Numbered from the stretch's first letter, positions 49,382 through 62,566 are shown. The stretch: DNA of 64,000 nt from Okamejei kenojei (GCA_035221665.1 CM069136.1:47926001-47990000); one strand, 5' to 3'. Numbers and translations are program-made. Notes: generated from the letters alone by a model not told the origin.

Positions 49382-50554
49382 AAGCAAGGCCAAAAAAAAA
49401 GATTTTTATGCTTGATTTTTTTTTTTTACTATAATTACAATTGGGAAATAAAGACTGATTTTGGGAAATTCCACTGATTTTGGGAAATGGGAATGGGAAC
49501 CCAATTACGGCTAATACTTCTATTTGATTCGATATTTTATAAATCAATTAAAAAAATCTCAATTACCATATTTTGGTCACAGGAAAAACTTTTTTATTTC
49601 TGTCAACATTGTTATGTAAATGGTAGGAAAAGTGAAATGTTTCACTAACTGTGTTTCATTCACCCTTGAAAAACTGGAGCACAAATCTGAGAATTTTCCT
49701 TTCCATTCCCCAAACCCTCCATCACCACCCTGGTATTACAGGAGATGGTGCCAATCACTTATGTTTGGTTCATAAGTTATAGTAGCAGTAGTAGGCCACT
49801 CGGCCCATCATGTCCACTCCACCATCCAATCATGGCTGATCTTTCTTTCCATCTCAACTCAATTCTCTTGCCTTCTCCGCATAACCCCTGACACCCGTAC
49901 TGATTACGTAAATGGTTCATGCATATGTACAAGTAATACAAAGCAACTATAAATGTGAAATAGCTGCTGGAAGTATTATGGAAGACCTTGGAAGTTATTT
50001 TGTGGTATTCATTGCTCACTGGTCAGCACATTAAATTAAAAAAAAAATGGGGTTAAGTTAAAATATTAATTTCAGTTATCCCAATCAAATGAGAGTTAAT
50101 GAACCATTAGGTATGGATAAAAATGCAGCTATTTGTGAATGAGTTGATTTAATGTAGCTGCCCATAACTTGTCGTTTTGGCAAATGATTAAGTTGGTTCT
50201 ATAAAAAGGAATCATGTGATGACAGCAAAGATCTTGGACTGAGATTATTCAGCTCGTGGTCTCATGCTTCGAGAGCTGGTGATGGTGCAAATTAACTTTA
50301 GCCTCCCTGACTAGCTTGACCCACTGAACTTTGCCCACCATTGTAACATTTCCCCACCAGGTGCCATCTCCCTGGCCCCAAACTCATCTTTGGAATACGT
50401 AGACATGGACACCAATACGAGACCCCCATTCAGAAGATAGACAAAAAAGCTAGATTAAAGCAGTGGGTCAGACAGCATCTCTGCAGAAAACGATAGGTGA
50501 TGTTTTGGGTCAAGACTCTTCTTCAGATTAATTCATTGATTATATCTCCACCTT

Positions 50555-51030
50555 CAAAATCATAATCCCATCCAAATTCAACTCCAAACTCAGGGACCTA
50601 TGAATCAGCATCCTCCTTTCCCACTGGATCCTTGACTTTCAGTTCCATACACCACAGTCAGTTATCAACTTAAGGAAATGTGGTGGAGTACATGCCCCAA
50701 AGTGGAAATGGTTGAAGGCATACCAACAACCTGCCATGGACCAAACAAATTGAGGCAACAGTCAAAAAAGCATACCAACAACTCTACTTTCTCAGGAGAC
50801 TTGGGAAATTCAGCAAGCCTCCAGACATTCTTACAAATTTCGACAGGTGCGGTGCACCTTAGAAAGCATACTGTCTGGTTGTATCTCTGTCCAAAAGCAC
50901 AAAAAACTGCACAGAGTTATGGATGTAGCCTTGTCTATCACAGACCAGACTCCCCACCATTAGCACATTGACTGCACTACACGCTGCCTCGGGAAATGAG
51001 GCAGCATAATCAAGGGCCTTTCCCACTCAT
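50555..51030 (+). mobile_element. Degraded Rex1/Babar-like LINE fragment
   Basis: TCCAAACTCAGGGACC...CACTGGATCCTTGACTT and CTCTACTTTCTCAGGAGACTTGGGAAATTC. A related 3' part is at about 52880-53260. Confidence 0.5.
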
Positions 51031-51435
51031 GCCCTTTGGCCCAACTTGCCCACACCGACCAACTAGTCCCACCCGCCAGCATTTGGCCCATATCCCTCTA
51101 AACCTGTCCTATCCATATACCTGTCGAACTGGTTCTTAAATGTTGGCATAGTCCCAGCCTCAACTACTTTCTCTGGCAGCTTGTTCCATACATCCACCAC
51201 ACTTGGAGTGAAAAAGTTACCACTCAGATATTAATGTTTTTTTTTTTAATTGCCATCCTCTCTGCTGCCCCTGCTGGTGGGAGGGGGCGGAACTATAAAC
51301 CCCGGAAGTGGTGTGCCTCACTCAGTCTCTGCAAGATGGAGGAAGCCAGAGAGTCACGTCTCTCTGAGCTCTGAATAACACTGAACACATGTCTACTCAA
51401 CTGTGAGTGCCCTTAATGTGTTTGAAAATGAAAAT

Positions 51436-51945
51436 ATGGTTGGTTTCAAGTAAAAAGGCACTGCATGCAAATGGTTGTTTGGGGGGTTTGGGTTGAAGTA
51501 AAAAGGCATTGCATGCAAATGGTGGTTTGGGTTGAAGTAAAAAGGCACTGCATGCAAATGGGTTGTTTGGGGGGTTTGGGTTGAAGTAAAAAGGCACTGC
51601 ATGCAAATAGTTGTTTGGGGGGTTTGGGTTGAAGTAAAAAGGCACTGCACGCAAATGGTTGTTTGATGGGGTTTGGGTTGAAGTAAAAAGGCACTGCATG
51701 CAAATGGTTGTTTGAGGGGTTTAGGTTGAAGTAAAAAGGCACTACATGCAAATAGTTGTTTGGGGGGTTTGGGTTGAAGTAAAAAGGCACTGCATGCAAA
51801 TGGTTGTTTGATGGGGTTTGGGTTGACGTAAAAAGGCACTGCATGCAAATGGTTGTTTGGGGGGTTTGGGTTGAAGTGAAAAGGCACTGCAAAGGGTTGC
51901 TTGGGGGTTTTGGGTTGAAGTGAAAAGGCACTGCAGATGGTTGTT
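51436..51945. repeat. Minisatellite, ~48-bp unit, about 10-11 copies
   Basis: Unit GTTGAAGTAAAAAGGCACTGCATGCAAATGGTTGTTTGGGGGGTTTGG. Confidence 0.95.
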
Positions 51946-52263
51946 TGTCCAAACTTGACAACTTCCTTGTTGCACTATATTGATTTTAGATAAAACGCTA
52001 CCACTTACGGGTGTGATTTTTGGCCATCTCAGTGTTATTAGTGTTTAAAAAATGTTGAGAATCTCTCTCCTGTCAATCACGCCATGAAGGCCACACCTTT
52101 CCGGTGGGAGGGTGAGGGATTATAAAACCGGGAAGTGTGGGTGTGGCTCAGTCTCTACATGATGGGGGAGGGAGAGGTCACGATTGTCTGAGCTGTGAAT
52201 CAACTGCACACTGAATGTCTACTGAACTGTGAGTGTGGTGTTTTGCGTGGTTTTATGATGGTT

Positions 52264-52570
52264 TCACCCTGCTTGAAATAGTATGAAACTGCATTTCAAT
52301 GTGGTGGCCTTGCACCTTGCATGAAATGGTATGAAACTGCATTTGAATGTGGTGGCCTTGCACCCTCCTTGAAATGGTATGAAACTGCACTTGTATTTGG
52401 TGGCCTTGCACCCTGCTTGAAGTGGTAGGAAACTGAACCTGAATTTGGTGGCCTTGCACCCTGCTTGAAGTGGTATGAAACTGCACTTGAATTTTGTGGC
52501 CTTGCACCCTGCTCGAAGAGGTAGGAAAATGGATTTGAATTTGGTGGCCTTGCACCCTGCTTGAAATGGA
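52264..52570. repeat. Minisatellite, 48-bp unit, about 6 copies
   Basis: Unit CACCCTGCTTGAAATGGTATGAAACTGCATTTGAATGTGGTGGCCTTG. Confidence 0.95.
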
Positions 52571-54154
52571 ATTTCAATGAATAGCCATGAGTCATCTGCC
52601 AGCCCACCAGCTGTGAGTGAGCTGCCAGCACATCAGGCTTGAGGGACTGAGCTGCAACCCCAAGAATCCATTTGGCCCACAATGTCCATACTAGCCCTCT
52701 GGAGACCAGTAGTCCCTGCAGCCAACAACACCCATATCAGCGCTCCAGAAACCCCCCCCCCCCTCACTGTCCACCAATATTGGAATTGGTGAAAAGGTGG
52801 AATATTGCGTCGGGGGACCAGCCCTCCCATGTGAACATGGGTCCCAACGGGTCCCACTTAGTCTAGTATACCTCTATAAGCACCCCTCGTCCAGGTCATT
52901 CCTTCTTCTCCTTGCTCCCATTGGGCAGAAAATACAGCCGCTTGACACCGCATACCATCAGACTCAGGAACAGCTTCTTTCCCTCTATTATCAGACCTCT
53001 GAAGGATCCTTCCCTAATCTAGGGCACAGGTCTGATTCTCCGTTCTATCTCACTGTGGACATTGGATTTTTTCTCTGGAACTGTTACGCTACAATGCTGA
53101 GAAGTATGTTCTACATTCTGGTATCTTTCTCTTCACTCTGCCTTTTGAACTTGTTTTTGGCTTGATTATATTCATGTGTAGTATTATCTAATTTGATTGG
53201 ATAGCATGCAAACAAAGGCTTTTCACTGTGCCTCGGTACACGTGACGGTAATAAGCCTAAATCTATAGAGTTCAGCATTGCAGTGATTTTGCAGAGAATT
53301 GGTGTGAAACCACCATGGTGCCTAATTCTTTCACATTGTCCACCTAAATGTTCTGCTTTGTAGAACTAACCCAGTGTGCACAAATGCCTTTCTTCTCTGA
53401 TCTCCTACAAGGTCGAGATGCAAATCGTGAAGAGAGGAATTGTGGAGACGTTCGGGAGAAAGGATGAGAAATTGATGAGGGTAGGGGTATTGGAATGAGA
53501 TCTGGAGAGTTAGGGGACAGGAGACTGAAGAGGAAATATTTACTGTTGATAATTGAAATTGAAATTAGGGACAGAATCGCTGAGGTGAAGAAAGATGTGT
53601 GGAGAAAAGATTGAGGAGTTTGCTATGGGGAAAGTTGGTGTGATTGGGCTGGGGGAAGATGATGGAGGGGATTGAGATAATCAAGTAGTAATCTATTGAA
53701 TTACCATAGCTGCTCCAGGAATTATTATTCTCTCCTTAATGGAAAAGCTTATCCTTTCAAGTATCCTTTCATGCAAGGAATTAGGTTTCCTTCATGCCAC
53801 ACTGCAAGTGATGCTGCTTGCATACTTGTAAGTAGATGTGCTGTTCATCTTCAAATTGTTTTGATGCTTACGTTGGCAATTTTATTTTTCCTTTTACATT
53901 CTACTCAAACTTATTTGTCGATCGGCGATGGAAAAGTTGCTAAATGTCAACACTATTTGAAATGCAATTTGTTATTTAAAACCTTATATTAGTAAAAAGT
54001 GCTTTAATGTATTTAATAGCAGTAACGGAGCAGTTTTTTTTTAATAACAAATGGGCTTTAAAACAATAATAAGCAATTTGATCTTATCAATCCACTGTAT
54101 GTAAATAAAGCAACTATGAACTTTTTTTGGAAGAAAAGCTATTTTTATTAATTT

Positions 54155-54380
54155 ACTCCATGTGGAGTTTGCATATTCTCCCCGTGACCCCATGTGTTTC
54201 CTCCAGGTGCTCTAGTTTCCTTGCACATCCCAAAGATGTGTGAGTTTGTAATTGGCCTTTGTACATTGTGCCTAGTGTGTAGCGAGTGGATGCGAAAATG
54301 GGATAACATAGAAGTAGTGTGAACAGGTGATCAATGGTCAGCATATGGACTGAAGGACCTGTTTGCATGCCCTATCTTTC
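54155..54380 (+). mobile_element. 5'-truncated V-SINE-like SINE
   Basis: GTGGAGTTTGCATATTCTCCCCGTGACC...GAAGGACCTGTTT. Confidence 0.72.
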
Positions 54381-54499
54381 ATTTGGTTCCATCAATCAAA
54401 TGTTCAAAGGACATTATATGATCATTATGCCTAAAACATAAGGGAAACTAAAACTAGAGGAACCCTGATGTAAGCAACCCAGTAGTATGAATATTAATT

Positions 54500-54795
54500 T
54501 CAAGTAACTCTTGCATTCCTTCTCTCTGTTCCTCCCCACATTAGTTGTCCTGCTAGTTATCAACTCCTCCACAGCCAACAATGGACCATTGTGGGCTCCG
54601 TGGCCATCAGTGCCAGTTCTGATTTGTTCTGTACCTTTTCATACCTCTCGTTTCCCCCTCACTCTTACTCTCAGTCTAAAGATGGGTATTGACCTGAAAT
54701 GTCACCTACTCCTTTTCTCTAGCGAGGCTGCCTAACCAGGAGTTTCTCCAGAATTTTGTGTCATCTTTGATGTAAACCAGCATCTGCAGTTTTTT
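54500..54795 (+). mobile_element. Penelope 3' end (degenerate hammerhead)
   Basis: CAGTCTAAAGATGGGTATTGACCTGAAATGTCACC...CAGCATCTGCAGTT. Confidence 0.7.
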
Positions 54796-56265
54796 GCTAC
54801 ACATAATATTAATGATGTTGTTATTTGTATGTTGTTATGTCTGTGTGGTCCATCTTCCCAGTAAATACTACACCTGCATATTGGAATCAATGTTGGTGTG
54901 TTCGTCATGTCTATCTCTCGCCATCCATATTTCTACTCTCACTTTCTTACTATATCCCAGGAGAATATTTTACGCTTTTATGTCTCTTGTTCATTTTCTT
55001 TCACAGTTCTTTTTGCCCTCCTTTTTTTCACTCCTTATTTCTTCATTATCTTTCTAGTTATGCTCTCCTTTACAATTGTCTGTTCTCTGACTCGTTTTTG
55101 TACCTATAATGTCTCATTAGTAGCTTGTTCTTTTCTCTGGTAGAACACAATTCCGCTGGGTCTTATTTACACTATTTTGAATGTTTTCCATTGCCACCCT
55201 ATATCATTGTTTGTCAATAATGCTGTTCATTTTATTATTTTCAATTTATGTTCTCCATTCCATTACCTGAGTTATTGGTATATTCATATTTATTCAATTA
55301 TTTTTAAATTTATTATATCATCATCATTAATGGCTATTTTCCATTTGATTTCTTTCTGCAGAATTGGAACTCATGATATATGCAGATTGGAACTCATGAT
55401 ATATGTATTTTTATTTTTATTTCTGTTTATTTTTTACCGCACACTGAATGGACACTGGTTGAGCAACGTTTTTTCATTTACTCTGGGTATGTAAGTACTC
55501 AGGAAAAATGATAATAAAGATATACAATACAATAGAATTAAATTCAATAACAAATCTTCTGTTACTGCGCTTCCTAATAATTATTTCCGAATTTTTACAT
55601 GTGACACGGGAAAAAAATGCTTAACTTGGTCAGAGCACCTCTGCCGTGCAATTTTTTATGTGCACTTCTAGGATATATTATAATTCTGCAGAGTATTTTA
55701 TGATGCTCCATCTCTTATAAGGTGTAAAACAGGAGTATGTCAGATTATAAACGACAAGGGAAAATTCTCTATTCAGAAAATGCATTTATTTCACCTTTAT
55801 GTCCTTAGCATGTTCAAAAGCACAACCATAGAAATATTTTTGAAGCAGATTCAATGGTGAGTTCTAAGAACTAGTGTAGCACACCAAGGTTTGTAAAGTT
55901 ATCTTGTTTCACTAACCTGCTATAATATCAGTATTGAGGAGTAAATAAGGGGCAGACCAACCACGAAGAACTGCCCTGCTGTTTCTTTGTAATAATTCCA
56001 TGAGATCTACATTCACAGAGAACAGTATTGATTGTTTCAGTATCTTCCATATTAATAACATCTCTGACCATGCAACGCTCCCTCAGAACATTGAAACATC
56101 AGCTTGAGCTTAGACTCAATCTGGAAAATGAGACTTAACCTTATAACCAAATGTTTCAGGCATGTGCATTCTCTCCGAGCCTTACCTGATCTAAAATCTG
56201 TTTGAGATTGTGTGAGAATATCAGTTCATAAAAAACTAAAAACCTTGCGCCTCTTACTTCTGCAG

Positions 56266-56546
56266 GTCAAGAACGATTTGGGAACATGACAAGAGTATAT
56301 TACAGAGAAGCCATTGGAGCTTTCATAGTGTTTGATGTGACACGAGCCTCAACATTCGAAGCAGTGTCAAAATGGAAGGATGATTTAGACTCAAAACTGA
56401 CTCTCCCCAATGGCAAACCTGTCTCTGTTGTCTTGCTGGCAAACAAATGTGATCAAGAGGGTGAGTTCTTATCTGCCAATCCTGGAAAAATGGAACAGTT
56501 CTGCAAGGATCATGGATTTATCAGCTGCTTTGAAACTTCAGCAAAG
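56266..56546 (+). CDS. RAB38: Rab-38 coding exon 2 (exon 3 lies beyond the window)
   Basis: Acceptor cttctgcAG, donor GTAAA. 281 bp encoding (G)QERFGNMTRVYYREAIGAFIVFDVTR...LLANKCD...FETSAK. Phase matches exon 1. Confidence 0.95.
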
Positions 56547-56884
56547 GTAAAAAAAAGTAATTCTTAGTTTATCAATTGGTGATCACAACTGTTTAAGAAC
56601 ATGTTGATTGTAACAATTTGCACAGAAATGCAAAGGGTCTATCAAGATGGTGACTTTATAATACATTAAAGTTAGCCATGCTTAAGGTAAAATGTGTTAC
56701 CCTATTTGTCTCTAAATCTAAGTTTGTTGATGAAAGATGCAATATCAAGACTAGTAATTGCATCCTAACACGTACGTCTATTATGAAGCAGCCATATCTG
56801 ATACCTGACCCGAATGATGGGACTAGCTAAAGGAAAATTACAGGGGAGTGAGGATGGAGAGACTAGATTGGCAGAATTGAGGGA

Positions 56885-57225
56885 GCAATTCCCTCCCTTC
56901 TACCTCTCTCTTCTCCATGCCCCAACTGCATGTGCACCCATTTCACACTTTCCCCTTCCCCCTTGTACCCATCCATCTATATTCCTTCTCTTGGCTTCAC
57001 ATTTTGTGCCTCTCCTTATTTACCATCTCACTACTTTTTGTCTTTTCATCTCTGGTCTTTGTCCAACCATCGGCCATTCAAACCCCCCTCACCTACATCC
57101 ACCGCTCACTTGCCAGGCTTTGCCCCATCCAATTTCTCTTCGAGCTTTCTCCCCTCTACTACAATCATTATGAAGAAGGGTCCCAACTCGAAACATTGCC
57201 TATCCACCTTCTCCAGAGATGCTTC
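56885..57225 (+). mobile_element. Penelope 3' fragment
   Basis: Pyrimidine-rich UTR followed by TGAAGAAGGGTCCCAACTCGAAACATTGCC. Confidence 0.65.
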
Positions 57226-57574
57226 TGAGAAAATAATCCAAGTCCGTCCAAACTCTCCCTGTAGGTGAAATCCTATAATCCAGGCAGATTTCTGGAAAAT
57301 CTCCTCTGCAGCCTCTCCAAAGTCTCCACATCTTTCCTGTAATGAGGCCCCCAGAAATATACGCAATACTCCAAAAGTCATATGGAATGGCATCATGGCA
57401 TTCTGACTATTCTTTTGAATGCCACTAATAATGAAGGCAATCATACAATATGCCTTCTTTTCCACCCAATCTATTTGTGCTGGCACCTGTAGCGAGTTCA
57501 GAACTTGGACTCCAACATCCCTCTGGAATTAATGCTGTTAGGGGTCTTGCCATTAACTGTATTATGGTGGCAAG

Positions 57575-59435
57575 AACAGGAAGGCAGATTATTATCTGAA
57601 TGGTGTCAGATTAGGAAAAGGGGAAGTGCATCAAGACCTGGGTGTGCTTGTACATCAATCACTGAAAGTAAGCATGCAGGTACAGAGGGCAGTGAAAAAA
57701 TCTAATGGCATGTTGCCTTTCATTGCGAGAGGATTTGAGTTTAGGAGCAAGGAGGTCCTACTGCAGTTCTACAGGACCCTGGTGAGACCGCACCTGGAGT
57801 ACAGTGTGTAATTTTGGTCTCCTAATTTGAGGAAGAACATTGTTGCAATTGAGGGAGTACAGCGTAGATTCACCAGGTAACTTCCCGGGATGGCGGGACA
57901 GTACCCGGACGTGGCGCCGATGGATGGGAAGTGAAGCAAAGAAGTGGAAGCCAAATAACCAAATGGAAACAAAGCCGAAATGGCAAACAACCAAATGGAA
58001 ACTAAGCCGAAACGCCAACTAACCGAAAGGACGGTAAGCCTAAAAGCCAACTAACCGAAAGGCTGCGTCGCCTAAAAGCAAACTCATTGAATGGCTGCTC
58101 TGCCGAAATGCCACCTATCCGAAAGCACAACCCTCAGGACAGCTCCCTCTCTCCCACGGCCACGACTGCCCATCCGCCTCATCTCCCCCCGCACTGTGAT
58201 GGGCTGTGGGTTGGGTGGAGCAGAGGTGTGGGACAGGTTGGGCATTCCGCCCATGTAGAGTCACTTACCGCCATCGGACCCCCGCCCCCCGGCACCGTCA
58301 TGTCCGTTATTTTACTTTTCTGTTGAGCGGCATTCAGTTCGTTGGCTTGTAGGTGACGCCGCCTTTCGGGTAGGTGGTGTTTTGGTAGAGTGGCCATTCA
58401 GTTAGTTTGCATTTAAGCAGCCCACCCTTTTGGTTAGTTGGCGTTTCGGCTTCATTTCCATTTGGTTAGTTGGCGTTTCGGCTTAGTTTCCTTTTGGTTA
58501 TTTGGCGTTTCGGCTTTGTTTCCTTTTGGTTATTTGGCTTCCACCTTTTTGCTTCGGCTTCCCATCCATCGGCGCCACGTCCGCACACGGGCTGGGACTG
58601 AAATATGATGAAAGAACGGGTTGACTGGGCTTGTATTTACAGGAATTTAGAAGGATGAGAGGGGATCATAGCATCTTTGCAAGGGCCAGAAAGCGAGCGG
58701 GCAAGATCATCTCTGACCCCTCTCACCCTGGCCACAAACTCTTTGAATCACTTCCCTCCGGATTGTCAAAGCTGCCACAGCCAGATATAAAAACAGTTTT
58801 TATCCACGAGTAGTTGCTCTACTCAACAGCCAAAAATCTGTAGCGTCCCCTTGATCTGGGATTTTGTTGGTTCACATGCTAGATCAATGGTGTTTTATCA
58901 TTAATGTTTTACTATATTGATGTTTAGTGTTTTCTGAGTCATTCATAACTGTCACTGTATGTCATGTTGTCACTTGTGTGCAGAGCACCAAGGCAAATTC
59001 CTTGTATGTGAATACTTGGGCAATAAACGTACTTACTTATTTATATAAAATTCTTAAAGGATTGGAAAGGCTAGATGTAGGAAAAATGTTCCCGATGTTG
59101 GGTGAGTCCAGAACTAGGGGTTACAGTTTAAGAATAACGGGCAGGCCATTTAGGACTGAGATGAGGAAATTCACCTAGAGTGTTGTGAATCTGTGGAATT
59201 CTCTGCCACAGAAAGCAGTGGAGGCTAATTCACTGGATGTTTTCAAGAGAGAGTTAGATTTAGCTCTTAGGACTAAAGGAACCAAGGGATATAGGGAAAA
59301 GGCAGGAACAGGGTACTGATTTTTAATGATCAGCCATGATCATATTGAATGGTGGTGCTGGCTCCAAGGGCAAAATAGCTTATTCCTGCACCTATTTTTC
59401 TATTTTTCTATGTTTCTATGTTTTTATGTTTCTAT
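57575..59435 (+). mobile_element. CR1 3' fragment interrupted by a foldback MITE and a Rex1/Babar-like 3' end (about 58668-59040)
   Basis: DLGVLVHQSLKV...LVRPHLEY peptide. The CR1 resumes after each insert and ends in a (TTTCTATG)n tail. Confidence 0.8.
57900..58590. mobile_element. Foldback/MITE-type element with long TIRs and subterminal tandem repeats
   Basis: CGGACGTGGCGCCGATGGATGGGAAG at left and its reverse complement at 58560-58583. The arms are built of CCGAAA/CCAACTAACC repeats. A related terminus starts at 63841. Confidence 0.8.
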
Positions 59436-59454
59436 TCAGCCTCCCAAGTGCTCA

Positions 59455-61812
59455 CACTTGCTCTAGACTGGGTATTGAGTAATGAGGAAGGGTTAGCTAG
59501 CAGTCTTGTTGTACGTGGCCCCTTGGGCAAGAGTGACCATAATATGGTTGAGTTCTTCATTAGGATGGAGAGTGACATTGTTAATTCAGAATCAGGGGTT
59601 ATGAACTTAAATGAAGGTAACTTTGAGGGTATGAGACGTGAATTGGCCAAGATAGACTGGCAATTGATTCTTAAAGGGTTGACAGTGGATATGCAATGGA
59701 AGGCATTTAAAGGCCACATGGATGAACTACAACAATTGTTCATCCCAGTTTGGTAAAATAATAAATTAGGGAAGGTAGTGCATCCGTGGATAACAAGGGA
59801 AATCAGGGATAGTGTCAAAAACAAAAGATGAAGCATACAAATTAGCCAGAAAAAGCAGCCGACAAGAGGACTTGGAGAAATTCAGAGACCAGCAGAGGAC
59901 AAAGGGCTTAATTAGGAAAGGGAAAATAGATTATGAAAAGTGGCAGGGAGCATAAAAACTGACTGCAAAAGCTTTTATAGATATGTGAAGAGAAAAATAT
60001 TAGTTAAAACAAATGTAGGTCCCTTGCAGTCAGAAACAGGTGAATTGATCATGGGGAACAAGGATATGGCAGACCAATTGAATAACTACTTTGGTTCTGT
60101 ATTCACTAAGGAAGACATAAATAATCTGCTGAAAATAGCAGGGGACCGGGGGTCAAATGAAATGGAGGATCTGGGTGAAATCCAGGTTAGTCGGGAAGTG
60201 GTGTTAGGTAAATTGAATGAATTAAAGGCCGATAAATCCCCAGGGCCAGATAGGCTGCATCCCAGAGTGCTTAAGGAAGTAGCCCCAGAAATAGTGGCTG
60301 CATTAGTGATAATTTTTCAAAACTCTTTAGATTCTGGAGTAGTTCCTGAGGATTGGAGGGTAGCGAATGTAACCCCACTATTTTAAAACGGAGGGAGAGA
60401 GAAAATGGAGAATTACAGACCAGTTAGTCTAACATCGGTAGTGGGGAAAATGCTAGAGTCAGTTAATAAAAATGGGATAGCAGCACATTTGGAAAGTGGT
60501 GAAATCATTGGACAAAGTCAGCATGGATTTATGAAAGGTAAATCATGTCTCACAAATCTTATGGAATTTTTCGAGGATGTAACTACTAGAGTGGATAAGG
60601 GAGAACCAGTGGATGTGTTATATCTGGACTTTCAGAAGGCTTTCGACAAGGTCCCACATAAGAGATTAGTATGCAAACTTAAAGCACACGGTATTGAGGG
60701 TTCAATATTGATGTGGATAGAGAACTGGCTGGCAGACAGGAAGCAAAGTGTAGGAGTAAACGGGTCCTTTTCAGAATGGTAGGCAGTGACTAGTGGGGTA
60801 CCGCAAGGCTCAGTGCTGGGACCACAGCTATTTACAATATATATTAATGATTTGGACGAGGGAATTGAATGCAACATCTCCAAGTTTGCGGATGACACGA
60901 AGCTGGGGTGCAGTGTTAGCTGTGAGAAGGATACTAGGAGGCTGCAAGGTGACTTGGATAGGTTGGGTGGATGGGCAAATGTATGGCAGATGCAGTACAA
61001 TGTGGATAAATGTGAGGTTATCTACTTTGGTGGCAAGAACAGGAAAGTAGACTATTATCTGAATGACGGCCGATTAGGAAAAGGGGAGATGCAACGAGAC
61101 CTGGGTGTCATTGTACACCAGTCATTGAAAGTAGGCATGCAGGTGCAGCAGGCTGTGAAGAAAGCGAATGGTATGTTATCATTCATAGCAAAAGGATTTG
61201 AGTATAGGAGCAGGGAGGTTCTACTGCAGTTGTACAGGGCCTTGGTGAGACCACACCTGGAGTATTGCGTACAGTTTTGGTCTCCTAATCTGAGGAAGGA
61301 CATTCTTGCCATAGAGGAGGTTCACCAGACTGATTCCTGGGATGGTGGGACTTTCATATGAAGAAAGACTGGATAGACTCGGCTTGTACTCGCTGGAATT
61401 TCAAAGATTTAGAGGGGATCTTATAAAAACTTACAAAATTCTTAAGGGGTTGGACAGGCTAGATGCAAGAAGAATGTTCCTGATTTTGGGGAAGTCCAAA
61501 ACAATGGGTCATAGTTTAAGGATAAGGGGGAAATCTTTTAGAACCGAGATGAGAAAAAAAAAATTCACACAGAGTAGTGAATCTGTGGAATTCTCTGCCA
61601 CAGAAATTAGTTGAGGCCAGTTCATTGGCTATATTTAAGAGGGAGTTCGATGTGGCCCTTGTGGCTAAAGGGATCAGGGGGTATGGAGAGAAGGCAGGTA
61701 CGGGATACTGAGTTGGATGATCAGCCATGATCATATTGAATGGCGGTGCAGGCTCGAAGGGCCGAATGGCCTACTCCTGCACCTATTTTCTATGTTTCTA
61801 TGATTCTATGTT
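59455..61812 (+). mobile_element. 5'-truncated CR1 LINE (end of endonuclease, RT, 3' UTR)
   Basis: LGKSDHN, DKSPGPD, NYRPVSLTSV, LDFQKAFDKV, GVPQGSVLGP and FADD motifs, with stops, and a (TTCTATG)n tail. Confidence 0.92.
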
Positions 61813-62335
61813 TAAACTCCATCTGCCATTTCTACAGCTCGCCACCCATTTCTGCAGCAATGTGACTAAACAATGGGAATGATGTGTAGGAATGTGTAAG
61901 AAGGAACTGCAGATGCTGGTTTAAACCAAAGATAGACACAAAAAGCTGGAGTAACTCAGCGGGACAGGCAGCATCTCTGGAGAGAAGGAATGGGTGGTGT
62001 TTCAGGTCGAGACCCTTCTTCAGACTAGTTAGGGATAAGGGAAATGAAAGAAATAGATGGTGATGTGGAGCGATAAAGAACAATGAATGAAAGATCTGCA
62101 AAAAAGTAACGATGATAAAGGAAACAGGCCATTGCTAGCTGTTTGTAGGGTGAAAATGAGAAGCTATTGCAACTTGGGTGGGGGAGGGATAGAGAGAGAG
62201 GGAATGCTGGGGCTACCTGAAGTGAGAGAAATCAATATTCATGCCACTGGGCTGCAAGTTGCCCAAGCGAAATATGAGATGCTGTTCCTCCAATTTGCAT
62301 TTAGCCTCACTCTGACAATGGAGGAGACCTAGGAC

Positions 62336-62566
62336 TTCTCATTTTCACACCACAAACAGCTTACAATGGCTTGTTCCCTTTATCATCGATACTTTTTTGC
62401 ATATCTTTCATTCATGGTTCTTTATCTCTCCACATCACCGTCTATATATCTCGTTTCCCTGATCCCTGACCAGTCTGAAGAAGGGTCTCGACCCGAAACG
62501 TCGCCTATCTCCTTCGCTCCTTAGATGCTGCTGTACCCGCTGAGTTTCTCCAGCTTTTTGTGTAAT
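62336..62566 (+). mobile_element. Younger Penelope terminal fragment nested in opposite orientation
   Basis: Reverse complement of about 1500-1728. Flanked by CCTAGGAC (62328-62335, 62567-62574). Intact hammerhead core at 62475-62502. Confidence 0.82.

Larger units (their letters stand above)
51250..52866 (+). mobile_element. Non-autonomous Helitron-like element with two promoter-like modules and two minisatellites
   Basis: 3' end is the hairpin GGG(T)CCC-AAC-GGGTCCC followed by ACTTAGTCTAG|T (CTAG at 52863-52866). The subterminal GGTGGAATATTGC is shared with the 41836 element. The 5' end is unclear. Confidence 0.65.

Noticed and set aside
51436-52570. CRISPR-like array or repeat-protein ORFs
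   Set aside because: The units are head-to-tail with no unique spacers, in a vertebrate context. The ORFs exist only because the 48-bp period is divisible by 3.
54794-55494. Hydrophobic membrane-protein-like ORFs
   Set aside because: T-rich low-complexity intron sequence yields F/L/I/S-rich translations in every frame.
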